Assembly (NCBI RefSeq): GCF_036321535.1
Contig: NC_087440.1
Coordinates: forward strand, 32,116,001-32,180,000
Origin: Camelus dromedarius
Lineage: Eukaryota
DNA length: 64,000 nt
Reading direction: 5' to 3'
Shown: positions 52,373 to 64,000 of the stretch, in pieces
How the letters are laid out: every line of letters begins with the position of its first letter
How positions within the stretch are numbered: the stretch's first letter is position 1
Notes under the pieces: model-generated
The model's database searches: none
What the model saw: the letters and a program-made list of their open reading frames with translations, nothing else
Told to the model about the DNA's origin: nothing
Made by a program: the position numbers and the translations under genes

Positions 52373-53689
52373 TCTAGATCTGAGGCTATCTCTCTTCCCA
52401 CACCTAGCCTCCATTTTGTACAGAGGAGACCATTGTCATTATTCAAGTGGAAAGGCTTCTCGGTATGATTGCCTGGATCTAGTGCTGTTTTGGCAGAAGA
52501 ATCAAAAACCCCAAGGCCTGAGAACAAGGCCACAAAATGGGACTGTGGATCATGGAGACCGGGAACCCCATACACATGCCCACAGAATGTAGTTCTAAGG
52601 TAAATACCCAGGAAAGAGATCCCAGAATTTCCCTGGTTGAAGAAAGAGTAACAAGTGTTGACTGCCACCCCTTTCACAGGCCTGGTCTGGTCTAGCCAGA
52701 CACCTGCCCCCAGCAGCTGTCAGGTCTGCGCTGATCCTCTTGTTTACTGGAGCGCTCAGAGGAGAGGTGGGAGGGCTAAGCTGCTAACGGGCTCAAGGAG
52801 TCAGACTAAACAAGCTCAGGGGAGCTGAGCCGCTTGGGGCTCAGACCAGGCGCCACTGACCAGGGAAAGGAGTCTAGGAGGTGAGGGCTGGGCCAGAGGA
52901 AAGGACCAAGGGCACAGAGAGGAGAGACTGCAGCATCAGTGGGGACCCAGGAGGTGGTTAATGGGTTCTCTTGGCAGGAGAGGGGAGACACACTGAGACT
53001 GACTGGCCCATGGACATCTGGGGACAGGGAAATGGGGATGAAAAAGATGAAACCAGGTGGACCCTGGGGAGGACAGAACAGAGAAAGGGAGGCAGAAGAC
53101 TTAGCTAAGGAGGCAGTAGGTGTAAACCTAGGGGAGAGGGCAGAACTAGTCAGGGGGTCCCCAGGGATTTGGCCTGAAGGAGACAGAGGCACATAAGCAT
53201 GTGGAAGAGACAGGCAAAAGCCCATAGGGAGCTAAGAGTGAGGGGAAGGGGACCAAGCAGGGAGGAAGGGGTGATGAGAGGAAGGGATTAGAAGAGCAAA
53301 TGTGGTAGAAGAAGGGACAGAGGAAAGTAAGACTGGGGACTGAGAACTAGAAACAAATACAGAGGAACAGGCAGATGATCAGGCCACAGAGAAAGAGCAG
53401 TGGACAAAGGACAAAAAGGCAGAAAGATACGGACAGAGGGATGTTGGACCATGGGGAGATAGGGCCAGGCAGGCAAATAGCCTGGAGAAGTGCAGTAGAA
53501 AACAAAGAGGAAGGAGAGGAGGGGAGTCAGAGTCGATAATCCAGGATTCTGCTCCCCATCTCCTCTGTCCTGTACCCCAATTTTTGCAGCCCTGTAAGAC
53601 CCATACTCATCCCTAGTTCTGACTTCTGGTATCTAGATCTTCAGTGATGGATCCAAATTCTCAAACTTCTTCCTGGTCTACCTCGTATA

Positions 53690-53830
53690 TTCATTTGACA
53701 AATATTTATTAAACACCAACTCTGCACTAGACACTATGCTAGGCACTAGGGACACCTTAGTAAATCAGACTGACACCAGCCCTGCCTTCATGGAGCTTAT
53801 AGACTGATGAAACAGAAACATGGCCCCTGC
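53690..53830 (-). mobile_element. L2 3' end
   Basis: CATTTGACAAATATTTATTAAACACC...ACTATGCTAGGCACTAGGGACA...CCCTGCCTTCATGGAGCTTATAGACT. Confidence 0.65.
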
Positions 53831-54501
53831 CCTGGGCCCTGTGCTTTGGAAGGCTCCACTCTGGCCAGCTGGCTGTGTCCCTTGGAGTGAGAAGTCCCAG
53901 CCTCCTCTGCCTGCACTCCAATCCCCTTCTACACCACACTCCAGACATATAGGAATTCCCTGTCCGAAGGCCTCCCCAGCCTACTCCTAAGGTCCACTTG
54001 GACCTCTCTCCTGGGTTTTCCCTCCCAAGGTTAGATCACACTACTTATATACATACACATCCTTACATCCTTGGCCATCCTTAGGGTGGCTGTCTTCAGG
54101 AGGCTGTGCACAGAATTGGGATGTGTAGACAAGAAGGTCTATATGCATACACATGAGACTCCTCAGAGCAGAAGGTGGTGTCAGAGGTGGGAAAAGACGT
54201 GGGTCCGAGGGCCCGTGGCTGAAAGCTGCCACTCCCTGCATCACCACATTCTGCTGTGGAATCCTGAGGATTCCAAATAAAATCCAAATCTGAATCCAAG
54301 CTTGAACCAAATTCGAGACCATTATGTGTGTATTTGTCAAGGTAGAAGAATAGAACATATATTATTTAATAGTTTGTTAGCTTGAGTCATACATTTTAAA
54401 TACTTAAACATAAGGTTTGTAAGCCTCTATTTGTGCTCTTGCCCCGGGCCCTACATATATTAGGGATGGGCTTACATAAAAACAGACCATTATTATTATT
54501 T

Positions 54502-54667
54502 TTCCAGCTCCAATAGTGTATATTAAAGTTGCTGCAGTTTAAAGGCTCGTAGTTGGATCTTCTGAGCAGGCGGGCGGTCTACTGCAAGGCGAGCCACAGC
54601 CCGTCCCTGCCCCTTGCCTCTCTGCGCCCCCTCGCTGCTCTTAGTTGAGTGTCCCGTGGGGCCCGAA
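54502..54667 (+). pseudogene. 18S rRNA retro-fragment (start of V4 region), tailless, with 16-bp TSD
   Basis: TTCCAGCTCCAATAG.GTATATTAAAGTTGCTGCAGTT..AA.GCTCGTAGTTGGATCTT...CTTAG.TGAGTGTCCCG.GGGGCCCGAA follows mammalian 18S as I recall it (about 16 differences in 166 nt, roughly half CpG transitions). Flanked by AAAAACAGACCATTAT at 54478-54493 and 54666-54681. Confidence 0.92.
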
Positions 54668-55299
54668 AAACAGACCATTATAAGAGATGAGTCTTTGAAG
54701 GAGAGGGACAGGGTGCTGTGAGACTTTATTTCATGAAGACCTCATCTGATGTGGGGGCAGGGGAGAGGGTGGCATTGCAGCGACAGCTTGCCTAAGAAAG
54801 TTACATTAAACTGAGATTGGTCAGGGGAGTAAGAAGTGACCATGCCTGGAGGTATGGAGAAGATGAGGATTCCAAGCCACAGGAATCATACACAAAGGCT
54901 CTGGGCAGGGAAGCGGTAGATGTCTTCACGAAACTGAAAAAAAGACCAACATAGCCAGAGAGTAGAAATCAAGAAAAGCGGGAAGAAAGGCGGTAGGTGA
55001 GGGCGGTGAAGTCAGCAGGGGCCAGGTCATGCAGAGCCTCAGAGGCCAAGTTTAGGATGTGGGGTCTACTCTGAGAGCAGGGAGAAGCTACTGAAGGATT
55101 TTCAGCAGGGATGTGGAATTATCAGATTGTGTTTGAAGACACCACTTTGGATCTAGTGAGGAGGGCCAAAATGGAATCAGAGTCATATTAGGGGCTTAAT
55201 GCAGTATCCAAGTTGAGTTGGGAAGATATCTTAAGCCGGAAACAAACTCCGAGAGGATAACTTGTGTATGGGTGGTTTGTTGAGGGGAGTTTTCAAAGT

Positions 55300-55637
55300 C
55301 AGTGAGAGAAGCAGGACTCTGCAGAAGGAAGAACTGAAAAGCATTACAGCTGAAACAGAGGATTCCACTGACCCCATAGAAGCTCTGGAGCTGGGATGGA
55401 CCTTCAGAGTGTCCCAAATGGGGGAAAGGGGCCAGGCCTTTGGACTCCTGCATCAACCTGTCATTGGATACAAACTGCCCCGGGAAAGGGGGGCTGCCTT
55501 TGGCAAGACAACACCCTTCAGCTCCAGGTGGTTCTCAGGGAAGTGCTTAGCTGTGAGCCATCAGCAGCCAAACTCAGCAGCTGGGACCATGAGTGCTATG
55601 ATTGTGAAGGGGAATCTGCGGTCACAGCATCCACTGC
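55300..55637 (-). mobile_element. Old ERVL/MaLR-class LTR (LTR33-like)
   Basis: GAGCTGGGATGGACCTTCAGAG...CCTGTCATTGGATACAAACTGCCC...GCTGTGAGCCATCAGCAGCCAA...CAGCATCCACTGCA resembles ancient eutherian LTRs; family assignment from memory. Confidence 0.5.
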
Positions 55638-55728
55638 AGAGGGTCTGCAAGACATCCCAGGCCCAGACCCAGAGGGCCCTGGGGAGGAGAAAATGCAGAC
55701 CTGGGTGACGCTGGTCACACCCTGCCCC

Positions 55729-56287
55729 TCTTACTGAATGCAAGTTCATGTGCCTGAAACACAGTGAGGCCAAACAAACCAAAACGTCAGAGTGTGAAGC
55801 AGAGAAAGTTAAGCAGGGCCAAGCAAAGAGAACAGGTGGCTTGTGCTCAAAGACCCCAAACTCCCCAATGGTTTTCAGGGAGAAGATTTTATAGGCAAAA
55901 TGTGGGATGAGGCTGCAGGGCATGTGAGTTTCTTCTGATTGGTTGGTGAGGTCACAGGACAGTGTTCTAGGAATCTTGCGTTCAGCCTGAAGTTGCCATC
56001 CTCCACCTGGGTGGGGGCCTTAGTTCCCGCAGAACTCAAAGATACCATGATGTAGATCCCTTGAGGAGGAAGCAGGACCCTGCTTTATAGCTGCACTGTT
56101 GTTTCTTGACTGTTCCTCCTTTGTTTCTGCCTTACCTCCCCTCCCTGATTACTAACTGAATCTGCCCTTTGTGCCCCAGGGGAGGTCTAGGAGGCTGAAG
56201 CCTTTTCTAACAAACAAGAAACAAGAAACGGGGGACACGGAAAGGATCTGTACCTGGGAGGGTCCCACAGGGTTCTGCTCAGTTTCA
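55729..56287 (-). mobile_element. ERV LTR-like element
   Basis: TCTTACTGAA...GAGGCCAAACAAACCAAAACGTCAGAG...CTGATTGGTTGG...CAGGGTTCTGCTCAGTTTCA; typical LTR composition, ends in CA. Confidence 0.6.
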
Positions 56288-56619
56288 ATCAGCATCATGA
56301 TCCTGAAGGGGACATCTGGGCAGCGCACCACGATATCCACCGCAGGAGGTCTGCAAGACATCCAAGGACAGGACCCAGAGGCCCTGGGGGAGGAGAAAAT
56401 GCAGACTTAGGCAAGGCTGGTCACACCCTGCCCCCTGGTGGTGTGCCTCTGACACTGGGCCAGCTGGTGGGCCAGGCTGCGAGGAGGGCCAGGAATCTAA
56501 ACAAAACTATGGGGCAGATAAAGGGAATCAGCAGTGCAAGGAAACCCTCACAGAGCCCCTTGTTCAGTCTGCCTAAAGTTAAGGAAGAAACGGGGGGGAT
56601 GGATTAGAAATGAGGGATT

Positions 56620-57060
56620 CATTCATTCTTTCATTCAACCAATGTTGAATAAGTACCTATTAATGGCCAGAGGCTGCTAGGAGCTCGAATGAAAAGAAGA
56701 CTAAAATTGGGGTCCTTTTCCCAAGTAGCTAACAAACTAGTGAAGATCACAGAGATACAAAAACAACTATAATAAAGTGTGATTAATTCAAAACTATAGG
56801 TATGTACACAGTATAGAACTGACACAGATGAGACAGCTGTTAATTCTAAGGGGCACTCTTGACTTTCACATAGGAGGTGATGTTTGATTTAAATCTGAAG
56901 GGCAAAAAAGATTACAGAAGTGCTCTGGAAACTGCAGAGTTTGGTATGTAGGACAGAAGGCAGCAAGTAGGCGAGTGGGGGTGACACCTTGGGGTAAGTA
57001 GGAGCCAGATTATGAAGGACATCAGTTGCCACATATGATAGGAAGCCCTGAAGGAATTTT
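56620..57060 (-). mobile_element. L2 remnant
   Basis: ATTCATTCATTCTTTCATTCAACCAATGTTGAATAAGTACCTAT...GGAGCCAGATTATGAAGGAC. Confidence 0.55.
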
Positions 57061-57129
57061 AAGCCTCGGAGTGAAATGATCTAATTTTTTTCTTAATGAT
57101 AAATCAAGGAAACAGTATAGGATTGCAGA

Positions 57130-57330
57130 GGGGAAAAAAACGTTGGTAATTAGAGTCAGAAAGACTTGGATTCAGATTCCATTTCTCCTGCTGACCAGCT
57201 GTGTGACTTTGAGCACCTCTAAGCCACAGTGTCCACATTGGTAAAATGGCGCTTTTGTGAAACTGAAAGAGATTATGCGTGTAAAGCTGCTGGCTCAGAG
57301 CCTGGCACTTAGTGTCCACACAATAAACAT
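57130..57330 (+). mobile_element. MIR
   Basis: TTAGAGTCAGAAAGACTTGGATTCAGATTCC...CAGCTGTGTGACTTTGAGCA...GCCTGGCACTTAG...AATAAA. Confidence 0.65.
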
Positions 57331-58869
57331 TATCCCTCTCTCTGAATTTTCCAAAGTAAACTTATGTGCAAAGTTCGGAGAATAGCTTTGTGGGAGGGAG
57401 AGGGGGTGGCATTTGGAGAGGTGGGAAGCCAAGACGTTTCTTGGAAGCTATTGCCTGAAGCCAAGTGAGAGCTAAGCCCTGAACTATGGCAGTGGCCATT
57501 GGGTCAGACACCAATTTAAGAGCTAATTATGAAGTACAAATCCAAAGGTCCTAGTGTCTGATTGTCTATGGAAGATAAGAAAGGAATAGTCTAGAGATTC
57601 GGGTTCCTCTGGGACAGCTGGCTAGATAGTGGTGCCATTTGCTGAGATAGGGAAACTTGAGAGCAGGTGCAGGATCACAGAAGAAATGATGACCTTCGAT
57701 AGATGGAACATGATGACACTAGTGTGCACATCTTTAGGCCCAGATGGTGACCAAAGAGGCAGCTGTTTGCAGTAGAGTAGATATGGACAGAGTCTGGATG
57801 TAGGGACTAGACAGAAGAGTCCCAAATACATACACATGAAGTTGAGCCCAGGATGGAGCCTGGGTGGAAGAGATGAGGGCCAGCAGCAAGCCCAAGGCTG
57901 GAGGCCAGCTCTCCTTTTCCCGTTACGTTCCAGCACAGAACTCTGAGAAGTCTGAGAAGTGGGATTGTTTCTGTTACCAATGGCAGAAATTCACTTAAAT
58001 TAGCTTCAGCAAAAGAAGAAATTTATTGACTCCTATGCCCAGAATCAGGCATCTGTCACTCTCCAATCCCTCTGCTGGCTTCTCTAGTCTGACTTCCGTC
58101 TCAGGCAGGTTCCTGCTTTGCAGGGCCAAGCTGACACCCAGCAGCATCAGATTTACATTCTACCAGCACAGCAACCCCTGCAGAAAGAGAGCTCATTTTG
58201 AAAGTTGACAGAAAAAGCCCCAGAGAGGGACCTCATGCCCAATCCTGAATATTCCCAATAGCCATGGCCAGAGCAAAGAACACACAAATTGGCCAAGCTG
58301 AGATCCTACCCCAGGAGACCCACACGACCACACAGACTGAGGAGGTGGTTCTCCAAAGAAACATCAGGGTGCAATTACCAGAAATGGGAAGCAGATGCTG
58401 GGCCAATGCATACCATAGCCATGTTGGGTCTGAGATACTATGGCATTTGGGGTGACACCAGTGGTGTTCAGCTTAAGAGAGATGTCTGGATGGAGACATA
58501 ACTTGAGAAATTACCTAAGGACGTTAAGGTGGTGGTTGAGTGGGGCAGATGACTTCTTCAGGGGAATATGGAGAGAATGACCACAGCAGAGGCCCAAAGA
58601 AGACATGCTGGGGTGGAAAGACACCACCACTTCACGGTAAGGCAGAAAATAGCCTTCATCACTAGGAGAAGAAACAAGGATTTGGGGTTGGGAACTCAGG
58701 GGACCTTAGCACTGGGCCCTGGGAAACAGAAGGGCCTGGGCTCACAGTACTCAGGCCCCAGGCAGAAGGGGAAAGGCAATAACCAGGCCCTGGCTTTTAG
58801 GGCCCCTGGCTTTGCGCCTAGTTCCTAGCCTGTTTGCCACCCCATGTCAGTCGCTATCTCCAGGAGCAA

Positions 58870-59500
58870 GAGTCCTCAAAGTTACATCATGTGCAGGGGG
58901 CGAGGCGGAGCGGTGGGGCGGGGCCTCGGGGAGGGGGAACCTAGGAGAGGACCCAGTCCTCCAATGGGAGACAGGGGTTTGGGGGCTAGGACGCAGGGGG
59001 TGGGGCGGCGGCTGGGCGGACCTGGGGCAGGAACCCCAGGGCGGAGAGAGGGTCCTGCCGGCCCTGCTAGGTCCCGCCCCTGTGCCCGCCCGCCTCCTTT
59101 TTAAGCGCCTCCCGCCTAGCCTGAGCTCCGGCTGGCTGCGCCACGCTCCCTCCTTCCCCGCCTTCCACATCTCCCCGGCTCCGTTCCTTCTCGTGGCCAC
59201 CCCGCAGCCCCTGCCCAGGTGCCATGGCTGCTGTGTACCGCCCCGGCCTGCGGTGAGTGACCCCCAGTCCGGGGCGGACCCTCACCTTTCGACGCGCTCA
59301 CCCTTCGGGGCTGCCAGTTGCACTCTCCTGCTCGCCCGCCCCCACCTGGTTTCTCACCCGAGGAGGAGGTGGGCAGGGGGCGAGTGTGTCTGGATCCCCT
59401 GCCTCTCGGGTCGTGCGTCTCGCCGGAGATCAGGGCGACCTCAGCCGCCCCAGGTCTCTCTGTTTCTGTCCCCTCCTCCCTCTCCCTGTTGTGCTGGTCC
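58870..59500 (+). promoter_or_regulatory. PCK2 CpG-island promoter with AARE/CARE
   Basis: GTTACATCA at 58881-58889 (TGATGTAAC on minus), GC box at 58915-58923, TTTTTAA at about 59098. Confidence 0.75.
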
Positions 59501-62500
59501 CTGACCATACCGTCTCTATCTGCCACTCTCAGAACTTCCTTCCCCCTCCTTGCTCGTCCCCGCTGGGCCCAGTCTCCGTGTCTCCTCCTTTGCTTTACAG
59601 ATGTAACCCCCTCGTGCCCCAGGTTGCGGTGAGGAGCAGTAGGGCCCTGGGGTCAAGGGTGCACGACCCCCTGGGGATGGAGCTCAGAGCTCCCTAAAGA
59701 AGGTAGAAGGTAAACAGCCTTTCCCTGGTTTCCCCCGACTGGAACCTGGCCAACTGGGACCTGGCTGGAAGCCCCGGGGGCCGCCAGAGGGACCAGGGAC
59801 CTGGGCCCCCGCGGGGAAGGGAGGGAGGCAAGGTGGAGGTGGGGGCTAGGTTGCCTTTATTCTCATAAGGCTGGCTTTGTCCCCTGACAGGATGGGAGCC
59901 CCTAGGCGCTGCTTGTCTGCCCTCTCCTCCTTTTCACAGCTTCCTGTCTTCCCTCTGTGGCCTCCCTTTTCCTCAGCTTTGGTCCCAGAGTCTGAGGGAA
60001 CCCCCGTCTCTCCCACAGCTGGTTTCACTTGGCCAGCCCTTGTGGGGGTCACTGGAGCAGACAAAAAGGAGAAGGTCCCACTCAGGGGACTGAAGGAGAA
60101 TGAGGGAACTTCACAAGAGACTCCCTGAGCCCATCTCCCCCACGGAGAGAAGTTCTCCCCAAGACTGTGTGCCTTTAAAATTAATTCTAGAGGGGAACTT
60201 CTTTCCCAGGCAGGAACAGACCCAGGTCCCAGGAGCCTTCCTCCTCTGCCCCAGGGCCATATTGGATTTCTACCCTGCTCTACCCAGTGGAAGCCACACC
60301 AGTTCCCCCTCCAGCCAGGCTCCAGCTCCCACATCTATGGCCTGAGCTTCCCCTCTTCCCCAGGCTTACTCCCTCTGAGTTGAGCGTCCTGCAGGCTGAT
60401 GGTCCACCCTGCCACCAACAGCCAAGCTCTCTAAGCATGTGTTCTCCAGGAAGGAGAGCCAGGGAGGGACAGAGTCATGCGGCTCTGGGCGTGTGGGGCA
60501 CAGTTTGGTGGGCGAGGCCCTGACATAGGAGGAGGGCAACTTCCCTCTCTTGGCCTTTGCTCTCTCTGGGCCACTCCACCCTGGGTCCAGGCCAATCAGA
60601 GCAGACCCTACCTTTCCCTCTCCTAGGAGTATGAAGGGACAGACTGTAGGGACCCTGCTCTCCTACAGATTGGGGCATGAACCCCAGCCAGTGACATTCC
60701 CCAATAGTAAGCCTTCCACACAGTTCAAAAATATCTACCCCATGGCAACATTTTATGCAATCCTTATTGGCTCAAGGGGGCAGCTGCAGATTCAATGCCT
60801 GGAACCCCCACATCCAGTCACCCACTCTCTGTACAAGGGCCCTAATCTAGAAACCTGAGACTTACCATCTCAAAGACCAGGTCCTTTGCTTGAGGCTTTC
60901 ACAGGCTCACAGCATGCACACCAGAAGAAAAGAATAAAAACAGCTGCCCCCTTTTTTTGTTATTGAAGTATAGTTGATTTACAATGTTGTGTTAGTTTCA
61001 GGTATACAGCAAAATGATTCAGTTTTAATATATATATATATATTCTTTTTCAGATTCTTTTCCATTATAGGTTATTAAAACATCTGCCTTTTTAACTTAT
61101 AAAAACTATACTTGAGAAAGAACAGGGATGAGAGCTTCAAACATCAGACACATGAAGCTATCACCTAGGCACCATTTATTGACATTTGGGCCATAGGGCA
61201 CCTGTTCACTTCCAAACATTGGCCAGACACAGTTAAACACGGGCATAGGCTAAGCATGCAATAATATTAGCATGCCTATACAAGCACTTCCATGCAGCCA
61301 AGTATGTGCCTTTATGCTCATTTGGTAATATCCGTCCCCTCCTAATCAGGAGACACCCTCACTAAGCCTCATAAGGGCCATAAGATGCACGTGGCCTGAA
61401 CCCACACCCCACACCTATTCTTACCTCTTCATGGTACCTGCACCCAGACCTGCTTTAGCATGTTTCCTGCAGCCCAGCTTTCACGAGAACACCTGGCCCA
61501 TTACCTCTGTTTCTCCTCTCATAGGCTTAGCTGGCATGGGCTGAGCCCCTGGGGCTGGTCATCATGGCGCAGCGTCCAGACCCTGCGAGTCCTCAGTGGA
61601 GATCTGGGCCAGGTGCCTGCTAAGGTTCGAGACTTTGTGGAGCACAGTGCCCGCCTCTGCCAACCAGAGGGCATCCACATCTGTGATGGGACCGAGGCTG
61701 AGAACACTGCCATACTGACCCTGCTGGAACAGCAGGGACTCATCCGAAAGCTCCCCAAGTACAACAATTGGTAAGCCTTGAGCTCAGCAACCTGCAAGAT
61801 GGGGGCAGCTGCATGAACTGAGGCCTCTTTGGGTTCACCAAGACAAAAATCAAATTTAAGTAGAGCATCCCTATGGAATGAGCAAGAATGGGCACTTTGG
61901 GGGAAACAATCAGGAATTCTTGGGATTGGTCTATATTTTCATGTTAAGTGAAGAGCTGATGCAAATAAAAGCTTTTGCTTTTGTCTTTTTTAACTCACAA
62001 GTTCAGAGTTTTTGCTGAGGCAAAATTCCTTTAGAGGGCTGGGGCCAAGGAAACTACCCCTTAAGATGGGATGCAAATGGATGGGGGAAAAATAAGGTCA
62101 ACAGAAGACCTAGGGTCAAAGTTGGACTTGAAAGAGTGGGTCTGGGGATGAGGGAGATCTGCTGGCCACTATCTTCTTGGTATCTGCTCTCCCCTAGCTG
62201 GCTGGCCCGTACAGACCCCAAGGATGTGGCACGAGTAGAGAGCAAGACGGTGATTGTAACTCCTTCTCAACGGGACACGGTGCCCCTCCCGGCTGGTGGG
62301 GCCCGTGGGCAGCTGGGCAACTGGATGTCCCCAGCTGAGTTCCAGCAAGCTGTGGATGAGAGGTTTCCGGGCTGCATGCAGGGTAACCAGGGCGGGGACC
62401 CAGAGGCAGGGGCCCCGAAGGTCAGAATGGGTTGGAATCCTTCATCCAGGTTGCATTTTCCTCCACAGGCCGGACCATGTATGTGCTTCCATTCAGCATG

Positions 62501-64000
62501 GGTCCCGTGGGCTCCCCACTGTCCCGCATCGGAGTGCAGCTCACGGACTCAGCCTACGTGGTGGCGAGCATGCGCATTATGACCAGGTTGGGGACGCCCG
62601 TGTTGCAGGCTCTGGGAGATGGTGATTTTGTCAAGTGTCTGCACTCCGTGGGCCAGCCCCTAACTGGGCAAGGTGAGTGCCTGCTCGGCCCAGGGGAGGA
62701 CACAAAGGCCTTCTTATATTCAGAGGGAACCCCAAATCCTACCCACCCTGATGGGTGAGATACCTATTTCTCAAGATCTTGGGTATCAGTGGGCTGGGGG
62801 TCAAGCTGTGTTGGTGGAGCCATTTGCATAAGATTGAGAAGACTCAGTTATCCACTTCCAAGAATAGGGGCATGAGAACTGATGGATATTATGAGGTGGG
62901 GGTCTTTAGCCACCCACTGGCACCACCACTGCTCCCAAGTGTTTCTCTTACCAACTCCTGCCCTCCTCCAGCCCCTGATACCCCAGTGCCTGATGCCCCT
63001 GTTGTTAGCGCCATGACCCCATTGTCCCCAGGGGAGCCGGTGAGCCAGTGGCCATGCAACCCAGAGAAAACCCTGATTGGCCATGTGCCCGACCAACGGG
63101 AGATCGTCTCCTTCGGCAGTGGCTATGGTGGCAACTCCCTGCTGGGCAAGAAGTGCTTTGCCCTTCGCATCGCCTCTCGGCTGGCCCGGGATGAGGGCTG
63201 GCTGGCGGAGCACATGCTGGTGAGGGCCTGGTGAGGATCTGGGCAGCTTTGGGGAGCAGGGCAGGGGTGGGGCCTGGCCAGTCAGCCTCAGCCTTGCCTC
63301 TCCACTGCCAGGTGCCAGATCAGTGGCCAGGGACTCTGACCAAATGCCCAAAGCTTTGGCCCGAGGCTGCTGAATGTTGGGGGGCTTCCCCTTGCCACCA
63401 CCCCAGGCCCCGTGGCAAGGCAGTGCCCCTATTTAGTGAATAAACACCAGTCCTCCCTCTTGACCCCTAGCTTTCCTTCCCATCCAGACCATGTTTGACC
63501 TCCCATGACCTCCTCTTTGTTCCCTCTCTCCCCAACTCGCAGATCCTGGGTATTACCAACCCCGTGGGGAAGAAGCGTTATGTGGCAGCCGCCTTCCCCA
63601 GTGCCTGTGGCAAGACGAACCTGGCCATGATGCGGCCAGCACTGCCAGGCTGGAAAGTGGAGTGTGTTGGGGATGACATCGCCTGGATGAGGTTTGACAG
63701 TGATGGTGAGAAGCCTCGGATTGTACTTTCGATTCTGGTTCTTACCAGAGCATAGGAGTCTCCCCTCCTCTGCTCATGGTGAACTTTGTCAGTAACAAGC
63801 TTTTCCTGAACAACTGCTCCTCCCAGCAGCCCGTTCACCTTGGAAGTGTAAAGCCCTTCCCCAGCAGATCTAGGGTCCAGCTCAGGGAAGGGAGGGACAG
63901 AGCAGGACCTTCTGCAGCTGAACCTCTCAACTCTTCCTGGTCAGTCCTTCCTTTCTTTCACTTCTCCTCCCAACAGGTCAACTCCGGGCCATCAACCCTG
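59224..64000 (+). CDS. PCK2: Phosphoenolpyruvate carboxykinase 2, mitochondrial (5' part; truncated by window end)
   Basis: Exons 59224-59252, 61525-61770, 62198-62382, 62469-62672, 63032-63219, 63543-63705, 63977->64000. Motifs [71 protein letters not shown]. The Arg-rich transit-like N-terminus distinguishes it from PCK1. Confidence 0.97.
60951..61076 (-). mobile_element. L1 3' end fragment in PCK2 intron 1
   Basis: Reverse complement of the same L1 terminus as 3701-3870; TSD AAAACA(G/T)CTGCC at 60937-60948 and 61077-61088. Confidence 0.8.

Noticed and set aside
54502-54667. Functional rRNA gene
   Set aside because: Only a short internal fragment, with CpG decay and a TSD.
55262-55708. 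148-aa ORF as a pseudogene or novel gene
   Set aside because: Lies over an old LTR; no protein-family resemblance.
58812-59697. Overlapping ORFs around PCK2 exon 1
   Set aside because: Stop-poor CpG island; only 59224-59252 fits the spliced CDS.

Overview
Eukaryotic (mammalian) genomic DNA, not a prokaryotic window. It is the conserved block DHRS4(+) - CARMIL3/LRRC16B(+) - CPNE6(+) - NRL(-) - PCK2(+, cut off by the window end). Gene identities and ortholog lengths are from memory, not database searches. I walked all five genes exon by exon with canonical splice sites. DHRS4 is 279 aa and CPNE6 557 aa. CARMIL3 is 1372 aa if a 95-nt exon lies in the first N gap. The NRL bZIP domain falls in the second N gap. 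The SINE type suggests a camelid genome (inference). I found no CRISPR array, operon or new multi-gene system, and most ORFs in the track are chance GC-rich frames. The best unexplained items are: a tailless 18S rRNA retro-fragment with a perfect 16-bp TSD; two orphan mRNA-3'UTR-like retro-insertions, one fused to L1; an apparent frameshift at the NRL C-terminus (probably an assembly error); and a GGC repeat in the CARMIL3 leader read by an overlapping uORF.
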